Virus record (IMG/VR): IMGVR_UViG_3300044971_004534
Reading direction: 5' to 3' (one strand)
Source: a virus
Length of the DNA stretch: 64,000 nucleotides
Shown: piece after piece, positions 49,569-58,864 of the stretch
Layout of the letters: the number at the start of each line of letters is the position of its first letter
Numbering within the stretch: position 1 is the first letter of the stretch
Program-made: the position numbers and the translations under genes
Notes under the pieces: generated by a model
Seen by the model: the letters and a program-made list of their open reading frames with translations, nothing else
The model's database searches: none
What the model was told of the DNA's origin: nothing

Positions 49569-50624
49569 ATGTCAATATCAGCAGGTTACGATGTCGGTAC
49601 TATGTTCTGTCAAATGGCCAAATCTGGCAAGTCAGGTGATGCTGTTTTTTCTACGATAAGGAATGCGTTTGTTGAAATACCAGAGTCGGAAGATGTGGAA
49701 GAAATACTTTCAAGAAACGGATGGCAATGGGTTAGAGACGGTAAAAGTGTTTTTGTTATAGGAGAAGATAGCGTTCAAGTTGCTAAGCTATTTCCTGGGA
49801 AGGTAGAAATAAGGCGTCCTCTACAAGACGGAGTGTTGAACAAAAACGAAGAAAAGAAGAATATTGTTCTTGCTTCTATCATTGAAAGTCAGCTTGGTAA
49901 AGCTCCAGATGAAGAATCTATTGTTACTACCTGCATTTCTTCTCCTTGTGTTGACAGTAGTGGAGACAGCACATTCCATGCTGCTAGATTAAAAAGCATG
50001 TTTTCCAGACTGGGCTGGAACGTTAAGGTAATTGAGGAAGCTCTCGCTGTTGTATTAAGCGAGCGTCCATGTGTGATAGAAGACGATGGTACAGAAATCC
50101 CATACTCTGGCATAGGCATGAGCTTTGGCGCAGGTCGAGCTAATTGCATGCTTGCTTTTAAGGGCATGCCAATACTTGGCATGAGTGTATCTCGTTCTGG
50201 TGATTGGATAGATCGCATGGTCAGTGAACAGACTGGCGTGCCAATCGCTCAAGTAATGGAGGCAAAAGAAAGACGACTTGATTTTAATAAAATCGACATG
50301 GATGATGATGTGCTATTTGCCTTAGATGCCTACTACGATGCAATGCTTAAGCACGTTTTTTCTTTATTTGCCAAGAAGTTCAAGGAAGTCAAGGCAGAAT
50401 TTAGCAAACCTCTTGATGTTGTGGTGGCTGGTGGAACTAGTATGCCATCTGGTTTTGAAAAGAAAGTAGAATCAGCTATACGTTCATATGACCTACCTTT
50501 TAAGGTAAATTGTGTCAGAAAGAGTAAAGATCCAAGGAATGCGGTTGTTGCTGGCCTGTTGACTCAGGCTGAAATAGTAAGAAGAAAGCTAGAGAAAGGT
50601 CAAATATCAAAGGATAGCATTTAA
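49569..50624 (+). CDS. actin-fold ATPase (ParM/MreB/Hsp70-NBD superfamily)
   Basis: Motifs in order: phosphate-1 ISAGYDVGTMF, connect VIEEALAVVLSE, phosphate-2 GIGMSFGAGRANCM, adenosine DVVVAGGTSMPSGF. At 351 aa it is the size of a nucleotide-binding domain. Confidence 0.7.
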   Translation: MSISAGYDVGTMFCQMAKSGKSGDAVFSTIRNAFVEIPESEDVEEILSRNGWQWVRDGKSVFVIGEDSVQVAKLFPGKVEIRRPLQDGVLNKNEEKKNIVLASIIESQLGKAPDEESIVTTCISSPCVDSSGDSTFHAARLKSMFSRLGWNVKVIEEALAVVLSERPCVIEDDGTEIPYSGIGMSFGAGRANCMLAFKGMPILGMSVSRSGDWIDRMVSEQTGVPIAQVMEAKERRLDFNKIDMDDDVLFALDAYYDAMLKHVFSLFAKKFKEVKAEFSKPLDVVVAGGTSMPSGFEKKVESAIRSYDLPFKVNCVRKSKDPRNAVVAGLLTQAEIVRRKLEKGQISKDSI

Positions 50625-51349
50625 TGGGATACGCCACACCTCAATTAGTACAAAGAGTATTGACTCAGTCTCTTACTTCAGCTACCCAGCCTACTTTAAC
50701 TGGTAAGGGTCAGCTTATGAATTTTGGTGCCACTTTAGATAAGAATTTAATAAGTGATGATATTATGAATCAGCATATTAATATTGCTGATACATTCATT
50801 AACGGAGTTCTTAGTGTTCTTTACAAGACGCCACTTAAAGAAATAGCTGATATTGAATGCAAATTGGCCGTTGATATAGATGTATATGGTTCAGAGGTTA
50901 TACTTGTTTCTCCACAAGCAAATGTTTTTGTGCCTGGAGATGTAATAGTTATTACTGATGGTACTTATGATGAAAAAAGAACGGTATCTGAAATTTCTAG
51001 TGACAACATACTGAAATTTACTGACAATATTACTGGTATGTTTTCTGCAGATATTACAAGAGTCTTGCGCGTAAGATTTCCTGATCCCATTCCAAATACT
51101 AGTGCACGTCTGGCTGCAGCGAGTATTTATGATCGATATTTTTCTTCACAGTCAACTGTTCAAAATTCAGAATTTGGAAAACTATTAAGAAATCAAGTCA
51201 AAATTGATTTAAATAATATAATGAATGGAAGGACCGTTCTGCATGGTCAGCATAGAATAGGCGACAGATTTGTCAATTCTCACCTTAAGGATAGATATGG
51301 ATTGAGAAATATTGAGAGTGATGGATCAAGAGACATTGGAGACTTATAA
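50624..51349 (+). CDS. head-tail connector-like protein (tentative DUF1320/gp36-like N-terminus)
   Basis: TAATG junction. MGYATPQLVQRVL...DDIMNQHINIADTFINGVLSVLYKTPL resembles the ...Y.lPl pattern of Mu gp36-type proteins. Tentative. Confidence 0.4.
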   Translation: MGYATPQLVQRVLTQSLTSATQPTLTGKGQLMNFGATLDKNLISDDIMNQHINIADTFINGVLSVLYKTPLKEIADIECKLAVDIDVYGSEVILVSPQANVFVPGDVIVITDGTYDEKRTVSEISSDNILKFTDNITGMFSADITRVLRVRFPDPIPNTSARLAAASIYDRYFSSQSTVQNSEFGKLLRNQVKIDLNNIMNGRTVLHGQHRIGDRFVNSHLKDRYGLRNIESDGSRDIGDL

Positions 51350-51597
51350 TGAGTAATGAAAATCTAAAATCTCAGCTTATGGCATTGCAAAACCAGCTTA
51401 GCAAGATTTCTGCGCAATCTGGGTCTACATCAATGTCGCCTCCAGTATTCTCAAGTAGAGAGGAAGCCGCTAAGTCCAAGCCATTTGTAGATGATTCTAA
51501 AATAGAAATGAACGAAGCTGCTTTGACTGAAAAGGTGAGTGCTATAGTTATGGATGCAGTAGAAAAAGAGTTGTCAAAAATTTTTAGCAAGTACTGA
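51349..51597 (+). CDS. hypothetical protein (82 aa)
   Basis: TAATG junction with the upstream gene. Confidence 0.6.
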   Translation: MSNENLKSQLMALQNQLSKISAQSGSTSMSPPVFSSREEAAKSKPFVDDSKIEMNEAALTEKVSAIVMDAVEKELSKIFSKY

Positions 51598-51599
51598 TT

Positions 51600-52502
51600 A
51601 TGGAAGAAGTATTAGACAGTTTAAGAAAAATTATCAACAGATGGGTAAACACAGAATCAGTGATTACCGAAGATGTCATCGTTAATGATGTTCTATTAAA
51701 AGTTAATAATTCTCTTAGATTTAGAGAGGGTGATGAAGTTTTAATTGTTGACAATAGAGATGAATTTGAGCATCCATTATATGTGAAGAGCATTCCTGAT
51801 GAGACTACTGTGGAACTTAATACTCCTGTGCGTTTTAATTGGAACGTTGCAAATAGTGCGAAGCTTAAAAAATCAGTAGCTGGCAGATTTGTGCAAGGTG
51901 TATATCTAGGAGATCCTAATACTATACCAAGATTTCCTGCTATCACAGTCGTTGGTGAGAATCAAAATTCAAACTGGACAACTTTAGAAAGCACTACGGA
52001 AACTTATGATGTTAGCATAAATTGCTACATAGAAGACAGCACTTTAGAAGATGGATATCGCGCTTTAATGAGGCTGACAAAATTAATTGAATTTGGTTTA
52101 AAAAGAAATATGTTTCCTTTAGTTGGTGAGAGATCTCACACTAGTCTTACAGCTGCAGCAGAACCAAATGATTTATATTTAAAGGTAGAAAGCACAGATG
52201 GTATGGTTGCTGAGCAGTTAATACTTTTAGAAAGTAACTTTGCTGCAGAGCAAGTCATTATCAAAAGCATTATAGATGAAACAACTATAGAATTAGTTCA
52301 GGGTCCATACTTCTCATATCCAATGGTGAACGATCCAAGAGCAATTATTGTAACAAGATTTTTGTATAAATGTTGGCCAAAAAGTATTAATTATGGATTT
52401 GTACACAAAGACACATTATTAAAGGCTAGCAAGATTAGTTGGAGTGGAGAAGAAATTCAGCAACACGGCTCAATTGGATGGTGGGATACTCCGAGAAATT
52501 AA
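51600..52502 (+). CDS. hypothetical neck/tail-completion-region protein (300 aa)
   Basis: Call rests on position. NTIPRFPAITVVGENQ...YDVSINCYIED weakly resembles tail-completion proteins. Confidence 0.6.
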   Translation: MEEVLDSLRKIINRWVNTESVITEDVIVNDVLLKVNNSLRFREGDEVLIVDNRDEFEHPLYVKSIPDETTVELNTPVRFNWNVANSAKLKKSVAGRFVQGVYLGDPNTIPRFPAITVVGENQNSNWTTLESTTETYDVSINCYIEDSTLEDGYRALMRLTKLIEFGLKRNMFPLVGERSHTSLTAAAEPNDLYLKVESTDGMVAEQLILLESNFAAEQVIIKSIIDETTIELVQGPYFSYPMVNDPRAIIVTRFLYKCWPKSINYGFVHKDTLLKASKISWSGEEIQQHGSIGWWDTPRN

Positions 52503-52503
52503 T

Positions 52504-53649
52504 ATGAAAATATTAATTATTGGCCCCTCTCCTTACATGAAGCACGATCCAGGATTGATGGTAAACGATTTTATTAAACTTGCTAGTAAAGATCGTCAAG
52601 TTTTTGGTTGTTTCTATCATCACGATTTTTCTAAGTTGCCTCTAGAAAACACTAATGAGTTTCATTATGGCTCTGGATCAGTAGATGCAAAATGGATAGA
52701 CAATTCTCAAGAAAATGCAGCAGTAATTGCTGCTTATGATGCAATCATGGAATGGGAAATCGATTGCATAGTTAGTTTTGGTAGTTATATAGAAGCAGAT
52801 TTTATTAGAGCAGCTAAAGAAACTTCTGGTAGAGAGATTGCCTGGCATCATGTGCTTACCATGGCTAATCATGTTCACGATGTACGATACGCTGAAACTT
52901 TTAATAATATAGATTTTATATATAGCTTTTCTGAATCCCAATTAGAGAATATAGTATCAACGCTTGGAGTTTTAAAAGATAAACTGTGCGTTTTAGAAAA
53001 ACCATGTAAAGTAACCAGTTCAAATTCTGAAAAGACTGTTGATATTTTATGTGGTGGATGGAATACAGAGTCGTATAATTTTAAGTCTATTTTTGAATCT
53101 GTCGCTGGGTTAAGCGCATCTTTCAAGTGTTTAACAAATTACTATGAATATGGAGATTATGATCTTGAAGCAATGAAGAACTGCTATTTTAATAATCAAG
53201 AAATATATCCGTCTGATTTTGCTAGCCTATTTGAAAAACCCGCATATGAGCAATGGGATCATTTCATTGAAAATTGTAAAATTTTTATTGACATGAGTAT
53301 GAGTCAAGGGTCCTGTAGTACTGCAAAAACTGCTCACGCAAGTGGTGCGTTTTGTTTTCTTATAGACACTCCAAGACACAGAGAGTTGTCTCGTTATTTT
53401 AGTAATATTAGATTGATAAAATCTTCTGTTTTTTTTAGTTCCTCTGGCATCAAAATGTATGTTCCAGATCATTTAGATTTGCATATGCAATTAGTTGAGT
53501 ATCTTTCTAATAGCTCTAATTTGTCTAGAAAATACGATATTTACGATAATTATGACAAAAAAGAAGGGAAGGATTTAGAATATTTATTAAATAACATAAT
53601 ACAAGCAGATTCTGCAGGAAGGTGTATAGGGATAGAATCAATAACATAA
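52504..53649 (+). CDS. glycosyltransferase-like protein (possible GT-B fold), 381 aa
   Basis: ATG 52504 gives MKILIIGPSPY..., a typical GT-B N-terminus. No clear E-x7-E motif. Weak assignment. Confidence 0.3.
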   Translation: MKILIIGPSPYMKHDPGLMVNDFIKLASKDRQVFGCFYHHDFSKLPLENTNEFHYGSGSVDAKWIDNSQENAAVIAAYDAIMEWEIDCIVSFGSYIEADFIRAAKETSGREIAWHHVLTMANHVHDVRYAETFNNIDFIYSFSESQLENIVSTLGVLKDKLCVLEKPCKVTSSNSEKTVDILCGGWNTESYNFKSIFESVAGLSASFKCLTNYYEYGDYDLEAMKNCYFNNQEIYPSDFASLFEKPAYEQWDHFIENCKIFIDMSMSQGSCSTAKTAHASGAFCFLIDTPRHRELSRYFSNIRLIKSSVFFSSSGIKMYVPDHLDLHMQLVEYLSNSSNLSRKYDIYDNYDKKEGKDLEYLLNNIIQADSAGRCIGIESIT

Positions 53650-53668
53650 GGTGGAGGAATGAACCAAA

Positions 53669-54055
53669 ATGGCAAGCATTTCGTTTGAAAAATACAAAAT
53701 TATATCAGACAACTTAGGGGAAGCCCGTACTTCTATCCTTGCAGCAATAGATAAAATGTTTTCTGCAGTCTACGAAGTAGCGGTATTAGATGACGTTCAG
53801 CAAACTCTAGATTTATTGCAGCCCATGTTCGCTGCATATCAGTTGGCAGATCAGACTCTTCGTAGCATTAATAACTTTACTTCCGCCGTCACCGCATTAA
53901 ATAATCACGTTGTTCGCAGGAATGCATCCTACGATACAGTAAATGATTTCTTAGATGCAAATAATGCAGATTCGCCTGCAAACAATCTAGATGCACAATT
54001 TGTTGACATGTCAAACACTTTAGGCTATGACATCAATGCATCTTATTCTGAATAA
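53669..54055 (+). CDS. hypothetical protein (128 aa)
   Basis: GGTGGAGG upstream. Composition suggests a helical protein. Confidence 0.7.
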   Translation: MASISFEKYKIISDNLGEARTSILAAIDKMFSAVYEVAVLDDVQQTLDLLQPMFAAYQLADQTLRSINNFTSAVTALNNHVVRRNASYDTVNDFLDANNADSPANNLDAQFVDMSNTLGYDINASYSE

Positions 54056-54081
54056 ATCATTAATACAAACTGAGGAGTAAT

Positions 54082-55191
54082 ATGCCAGTAGAAGGACAAC
54101 CATCATTTAGCGTTCCTCCGCCACTAGGACTAGCAGATCCAACTGCACGTCCAGCTTATGCTGGATATTCTGGCTTTGTTACTTATGAAGCCAATCTTGG
54201 CGGTGCTTTAAATAAATACCTTATTCGTGCAGATAGTTGCACATTAAAAGGCACTCAAAACATAGATACTATTAGAGATATTGACGGTTCTATTGACTCT
54301 ACAAGATATGCTCTTAAGCCATTTGAGCTTAATGGAGACATTAGCTTTAAGTTAGATTCAGCTCCAGACAGTGTTGGGTATCAGGCATTTTCTCGTATTT
54401 ATAGAGACACGGTTGAGCGTAGCTCAGATGGTCGTCTTAAGATAAGAGAAGTTCCTGGTTGCAGAAATATGCTTGTTCGTTATAATGGCGAGGTTTCATA
54501 TAGATACTTAGATCTAGTTCCCAGTAGAATGACCATTACCTGCAACGCTGGAGATGCCCTTAACGTTCAGGTGTCTTTCATGGGAAGAGGCCGTGAGGGT
54601 CCATTTGATGGCACTAGCGCCATTATGGGAGATGGGTTGGGTTCTTCCGTTGGAGGAAAGGTTAACGTTGCTCCTGTCCGTGTAGTAACTTATAATGACG
54701 TTACGATTGACATTGAGCAGTCTCCAATCGCTACCGGAGTCGTTGTTAATACTCCTCCAAACATTACAAGACTCCCCCTTGTGAAAAGTTTTTCTGTTAC
54801 AATAGACAATCAGGTTGAGGCAGTCCATACATTGAGTGGAACCTTGGCTGCTTATGATCTGGTTGCCAAGAAGCGTCAGATCACTGGTAGAATAGATTTC
54901 TTGGGCAGAAATAGGGATATAGCAGACTATGCTATGTATAACGAAATTGGTCAGACTTCTCGCGCCAATTTACTATTCAATGTAAGATTTGGTAACGTCA
55001 CCAAGACATTATTTAAACTTCGTGGAGTGGTGTTTAAGCTTGAGTCTATGGATTTAACAAATGATGTACTGAATTCATCTATGGACTTTATGGCTCTTGG
55101 AGATCAGGCCTTCAATTACGAGGCAATATCAGCTTTAGAGACTCCAGGCACGAACGCTAACGGCGCTCAGCACCCATATCCATTCATTTGA
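54082..55191 (+). CDS. major tail (tube) protein candidate
   Basis: SD GAGGAG upstream. Sits immediately upstream of the frameshifting chaperone pair and the tape measure. The pattern ADSCTLKGTQNIDTIRDIDGS..RYALKPFELNGDISFKLD is tail-tube-like. Confidence 0.6.
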   Translation: MPVEGQPSFSVPPPLGLADPTARPAYAGYSGFVTYEANLGGALNKYLIRADSCTLKGTQNIDTIRDIDGSIDSTRYALKPFELNGDISFKLDSAPDSVGYQAFSRIYRDTVERSSDGRLKIREVPGCRNMLVRYNGEVSYRYLDLVPSRMTITCNAGDALNVQVSFMGRGREGPFDGTSAIMGDGLGSSVGGKVNVAPVRVVTYNDVTIDIEQSPIATGVVVNTPPNITRLPLVKSFSVTIDNQVEAVHTLSGTLAAYDLVAKKRQITGRIDFLGRNRDIADYAMYNEIGQTSRANLLFNVRFGNVTKTLFKLRGVVFKLESMDLTNDVLNSSMDFMALGDQAFNYEAISALETPGTNANGAQHPYPFI

Positions 55192-55226
55192 TAATGTCGA
55201 TATAGCATTGAGGCTATATTCGAATT

Positions 55227-55634
55227 GTGAAAAATGTAACATTGCATCAAAAAGCAAAGGTTTACTTGGAAAACGGCTCTTTTGTCTATGCCAAAGAGCT
55301 TTTTTCTCCAATTGAAGAACCGGTTCCTGAGAATATTTATGTCTTTGATATTGAAGCAGAATGGACTTTTCCTACTGCAACTACAAGGGCAAAAATGTTA
55401 AAACAGGTAGAAATTTTTGACCCAATTAAGATTGAAATTGGCTATGACCTATTAGCTTACAAAAACGTGTTTATAGAAACGTTTTTAAAATCTTGGCGAA
55501 TACGTGGACCGGATACTGATATTTCTAATAAAGATACTTCATTGGAAGATCTTCCATGTGATTTTGTAGATATTATGTATGACAAAATTTACAATCTCAC
55601 TCGAAAGGCTGAAGATGAACTGGGAAAAGTATAG
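55227..55634 (+). CDS. tail assembly chaperone (G-like), GTG start
   Basis: Lies between the tail tube and tape measure genes. Ends ...CTG GGA AAA GTA TAG with a slippery heptamer. Confidence 0.75.
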   Translation: MKNVTLHQKAKVYLENGSFVYAKELFSPIEEPVPENIYVFDIEAEWTFPTATTRAKMLKQVEIFDPIKIEIGYDLLAYKNVFIETFLKSWRIRGPDTDISNKDTSLEDLPCDFVDIMYDKIYNLTRKAEDELGKV

Positions 55635-55861
55635 AGGCACTTCGGAGCATACTGACTGGTAAAAAAATATCTGAAGTGCCAGAAGCTTGTAGAGAGTATA
55701 TTATAGTGCAAGATGTTGGTTGGACTCTGGACTATATTAGATCTTTAGATGAGAATGAAAAAGAATTTTTCTATCTTATGGCTTTAATGAAATTGCATTA
55801 CAAAAATTTTGACATCGTTAATATGATGTATATGAGTTCAACAGGAAAATCTTTAATATAA
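55227..55861 (+). CDS. tail assembly chaperone frameshift product (GT-like; joins 55227-55628 with 55628-55861 in the -1 frame, about 211 aa)
   Basis: The ORF-track entry 55676..55861 is the downstream part of this -1 frame. (55676-55227) mod 3 = 2, which is the -1 frame. Confidence 0.65.
55622..55628 (+). promoter_or_regulatory. -1 programmed ribosomal frameshift slippery heptamer G GGA AAA
   Basis: It is X XXY YYZ in the zero frame of ORF 55227. The -1 frame is open from 55619 to the stop at 55859-55861. The zero-frame stop lies 3 nt downstream. A small C(UUCG)G hairpin, GCACTTCGGAGC (55637-55648), follows an 8-nt spacer. Confidence 0.75.
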
Positions 55862-55871
55862 AGGAGAAAAT

Positions 55872-56255
55872 ATGGGAATTTTTATAACAGATAATGACAG
55901 TTTTGATATCACATTTTTTTGTGGCGAATTGAATGGAGATATCGCTTGTGTTGGTTCTGAATCTGAAGCAAAAGAAAAATTTACTAATAATGCTTTTGAA
56001 AAACATATAGTTACTTTTAAGAAAATGAATTACGGTACTTTAAAGAAAGTTCAAGCAGCATGCATGCAGGATTCTGATGGAAAGTTTTCTTTTAACCCAA
56101 TAAAGTTTAGAGCAGAAAGATTTTCACAGTCATTGAAAAAGTGGTCATTTAAAGATGCTTCGGGCAATCCAGTGCCGGTTACCCCTCAAGCTTTAGACAA
56201 TCTTTCTAGCTCAATTGCCTTTTATTTAATGGATGAATTTGATAAGAAAGTATAA
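55872..56255 (+). CDS. hypothetical protein (127 aa) between chaperone and tape measure
   Basis: SD AAGGAG 5 nt upstream. Confidence 0.75.
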   Translation: MGIFITDNDSFDITFFCGELNGDIACVGSESEAKEKFTNNAFEKHIVTFKKMNYGTLKKVQAACMQDSDGKFSFNPIKFRAERFSQSLKKWSFKDASGNPVPVTPQALDNLSSSIAFYLMDEFDKKV

Positions 56256-56263
56256 GATAAACT

Positions 56264-58861
56264 ATGGCTAATTTTGCTGAATTAGGTAAGCTCTTAGAAA
56301 CTAATGCTGTTCAAGCATTAAAATTAGTTTCTAATATATCTGGCGTTGACACCAGCATTACTGGGCTTATGAACAAAATTCAAGGCATTAATCAGCAACT
56401 GTATGGTTTATCTGTTGCTAATACTGTAGTCGGTAAAGATTTTGAGCAATTAAAAACTCAAGTAACAGGAGTTATGAGGCAGTTTAATTTTACTGCTGAT
56501 TCTGTTATTTCAATGCAGAAAACCTTAATGACGGGCTTTCGTGAGCCAATTAGTGATATTGAAGGTTTTCAAAATATTTTAGCTAGATCTCGTCAGGTAT
56601 TTGGCAACAATGAGGCTGCGGCTAAGGCTTTTATTGAGCAGCTTGCGCATCTTGATAAAAATGCTGTAGGATTAAGAAATAATTTTCTTGAGCTTGTCCA
56701 GGTCCTTGGTAAAACAGAGGGTTTAAAAACAGGCACTCAAGCAGAAATAGAAAGAGGAGCTGCATTAAAAGAATTAACTAAGTCACAAATTGAAGGCAGA
56801 TATTTGCTTGGCGAAATTGATAGAGAGCAGTATTTAAACTATATCAAAATAATGGAGGGTAAAAATCAAGAAGAAGAAAAGCTTCTTCGAATGACTGAAA
56901 AAGTTCAGCAAAGTAGGCAGGCTACTTCTGCAATGGAAGCTGTATTTGTTAGTAAGGGAGACTCTGAAGCGCTTGCAGAGATGCTTGGAACCTTAAACAA
57001 TTTCGGCTCTGCAGTTGCTGCATCTGGCATTGATGCTCTTACTGGACAATTGCAAAAATTACAAGAGACTCGTACAAATATGGGCGCCAGTGAAATGGGG
57101 AAGCAGTCTCAAGAAATAGTTAAATCTATAGTAGAGCAGGCAAAAGATGAAGCTCAGATTAGAGAAAAGCTTACGGAAGCAGGTATTAAAGATTCTGAAA
57201 TATCAAAAATACTTAAAGACAATTATGAATTAATTGCTAAGAAAAAAGAAGACGAAGAGCGTACTGCGCAACAGATTCAGGCTATTCAGAATAAAACTTT
57301 AACTACTGAACAATACAGGGCAATTATTACTGATCAGCTTGCGCAAAGAACAGAAACACTTAAGCGAAATTATTTTATAATGAAGGACACTATTCTTGCA
57401 TCTGTTGATGCAATGAAAACTTTTTCAGAAATATCTGCATATTCTGGCGCTAAAATAGACATGTCTGCAATGGGTTTGTCTCCAGACAAAATGATTGATA
57501 ATGCACAAAAAGCTTACGATATGGCAATGGAAAGAGTCGCAGCTATAAGGCAAAAGGTTTCGGCACAACAATCTGCTCAAGCAGCTTTAGATCCTAAAGA
57601 TGTAGAGAAAAACGTCAAAGAAGCGGAAAAAATTATTACTATGAGCCAAAGTATTGTAGATGGCTTTAGAAAAGATGGAAATCAAAAAGCAGCAGATGAT
57701 GAGCAAAAGAGATTAGATGGAATGAAGCAGCAACTAGATACATATAGGACATCTCAAAAGATAGAAGATTTAAAGTTTTTAACAAGCACAGCTGAAAGTA
57801 AAAATGAAGCAAATCGTCAAGAGGCAGAGGCAAATAAGATTCACACTGACTCCACAAAATTACTTGCTCAAACTCTGTCAGATGCCGCCAATAATGCAAC
57901 TATTTACCATAAAATAAATTTAGAAAAATTACAAGCTGAATCTGCAGTCATGCAGAGTCAAATAGCTCTGATGGACAGCTTTGCTGTTGGTATTGGTGCT
58001 AGCGCCGCAGCTCGTGAAAAGGCTGCCAGAAATCTAATAGAACAAGCTAAGCAAGAAGAAGAAATAGTAAAAAGACTGACTGAAGAAAGAAATAAAGCAT
58101 TAAAAGCCGCTGCAGAAGCAGATGATCCTGTCAAGAAAGCTACTCTTGAGTCTGAGGCTGCAAAGCGTGCTATTGAAATAAATAAGCATCTTGCTGACAG
58201 AAACAATTTAAATAAGCAAGCTCTTGATCAGTTACAGAAACTTAGAGAAGGTTATTTGGATGCCATAACTTCTATGGAATCTGGTGCGGGTATGTTTACT
58301 GAAATTGTTGTTGATCAAAATAAAAATCTTGGTGCATTGATTAGAACTACCGAAGAAGTACCTCGTGTTTTAAGAACTGGCGCTGGTAGCGGCGGTATTA
58401 CTCAAGCCAGTCAATTTGGACCTGGAGGTTTAGTCGGCGGATTTGGACCTAAGAGTGAGGAATATAGCAAGCATGTCATAACAAGTATGGATGACATTCA
58501 AAAACTTGTTCAAAATTTACCGGAGCAAATAGGGCAGAACTTGGCGCTTGCTGGTCGTGATCGTCCAGAACGGGCAGGTCAAATAGTGGAGGCAGCTACT
58601 CCTGGCCAAGCTGGTACTATTGTTGCTCCTGGTGGGAATCCTGCTGTTCCAGGTGTTAATGTGGAAGGTCCTCCATCTCCATCTTCTATGACTGCAAGCA
58701 ACCAGAGTGGCGCTGCAGCTACTGCTGTAGCTTCTAACATTGATATGTCTAATATGGTTAAAGAAATATCAACTACTATACAGCGTGGCGTCGTAGATGC
58801 TGTTAAAAAGGGAATGTCTGCAGCCGTAAGTGAACTAGCAAAGCAAACTGCGCCTGAATAA
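56264..58861 (+). CDS. tail tape measure protein (865 aa)
   Basis: Lies downstream of the G/GT pair. The sequence is long, Ala/Glu/Lys/Gln-rich and coiled-coil-like, with a Gly/Pro-rich C-terminal part. Confidence 0.8.
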   Translation: MANFAELGKLLETNAVQALKLVSNISGVDTSITGLMNKIQGINQQLYGLSVANTVVGKDFEQLKTQVTGVMRQFNFTADSVISMQKTLMTGFREPISDIEGFQNILARSRQVFGNNEAAAKAFIEQLAHLDKNAVGLRNNFLELVQVLGKTEGLKTGTQAEIERGAALKELTKSQIEGRYLLGEIDREQYLNYIKIMEGKNQEEEKLLRMTEKVQQSRQATSAMEAVFVSKGDSEALAEMLGTLNNFGSAVAASGIDALTGQLQKLQETRTNMGASEMGKQSQEIVKSIVEQAKDEAQIREKLTEAGIKDSEISKILKDNYELIAKKKEDEERTAQQIQAIQNKTLTTEQYRAIITDQLAQRTETLKRNYFIMKDTILASVDAMKTFSEISAYSGAKIDMSAMGLSPDKMIDNAQKAYDMAMERVAAIRQKVSAQQSAQAALDPKDVEKNVKEAEKIITMSQSIVDGFRKDGNQKAADDEQKRLDGMKQQLDTYRTSQKIEDLKFLTSTAESKNEANRQEAEANKIHTDSTKLLAQTLSDAANNATIYHKINLEKLQAESAVMQSQIALMDSFAVGIGASAAAREKAARNLIEQAKQEEEIVKRLTEERNKALKAAAEADDPVKKATLESEAAKRAIEINKHLADRNNLNKQALDQLQKLREGYLDAITSMESGAGMFTEIVVDQNKNLGALIRTTEEVPRVLRTGAGSGGITQASQFGPGGLVGGFGPKSEEYSKHVITSMDDIQKLVQNLPEQIGQNLALAGRDRPERAGQIVEAATPGQAGTIVAPGGNPAVPGVNVEGPPSPSSMTASNQSGAAATAVASNIDMSNMVKEISTTIQRGVVDAVKKGMSAAVSELAKQTAPE

Positions 58862-58864
58862 AAT

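Noticed and set aside
44705-52503. N-terminal extensions given in the ORF track for ORFs 44705, 45374 and 52444. The same applies to the TTG/GTG-led extensions at 20384, 25226, 35638, 42100 and 42938, which lie outside the coordinate span given here.
   Set aside because: The extensions overlap the preceding genes by tens of nt, whereas internal ATG codons sit right after the upstream stop or behind GGAG-like motifs. The shorter coordinates were used. The true starts remain unverified.
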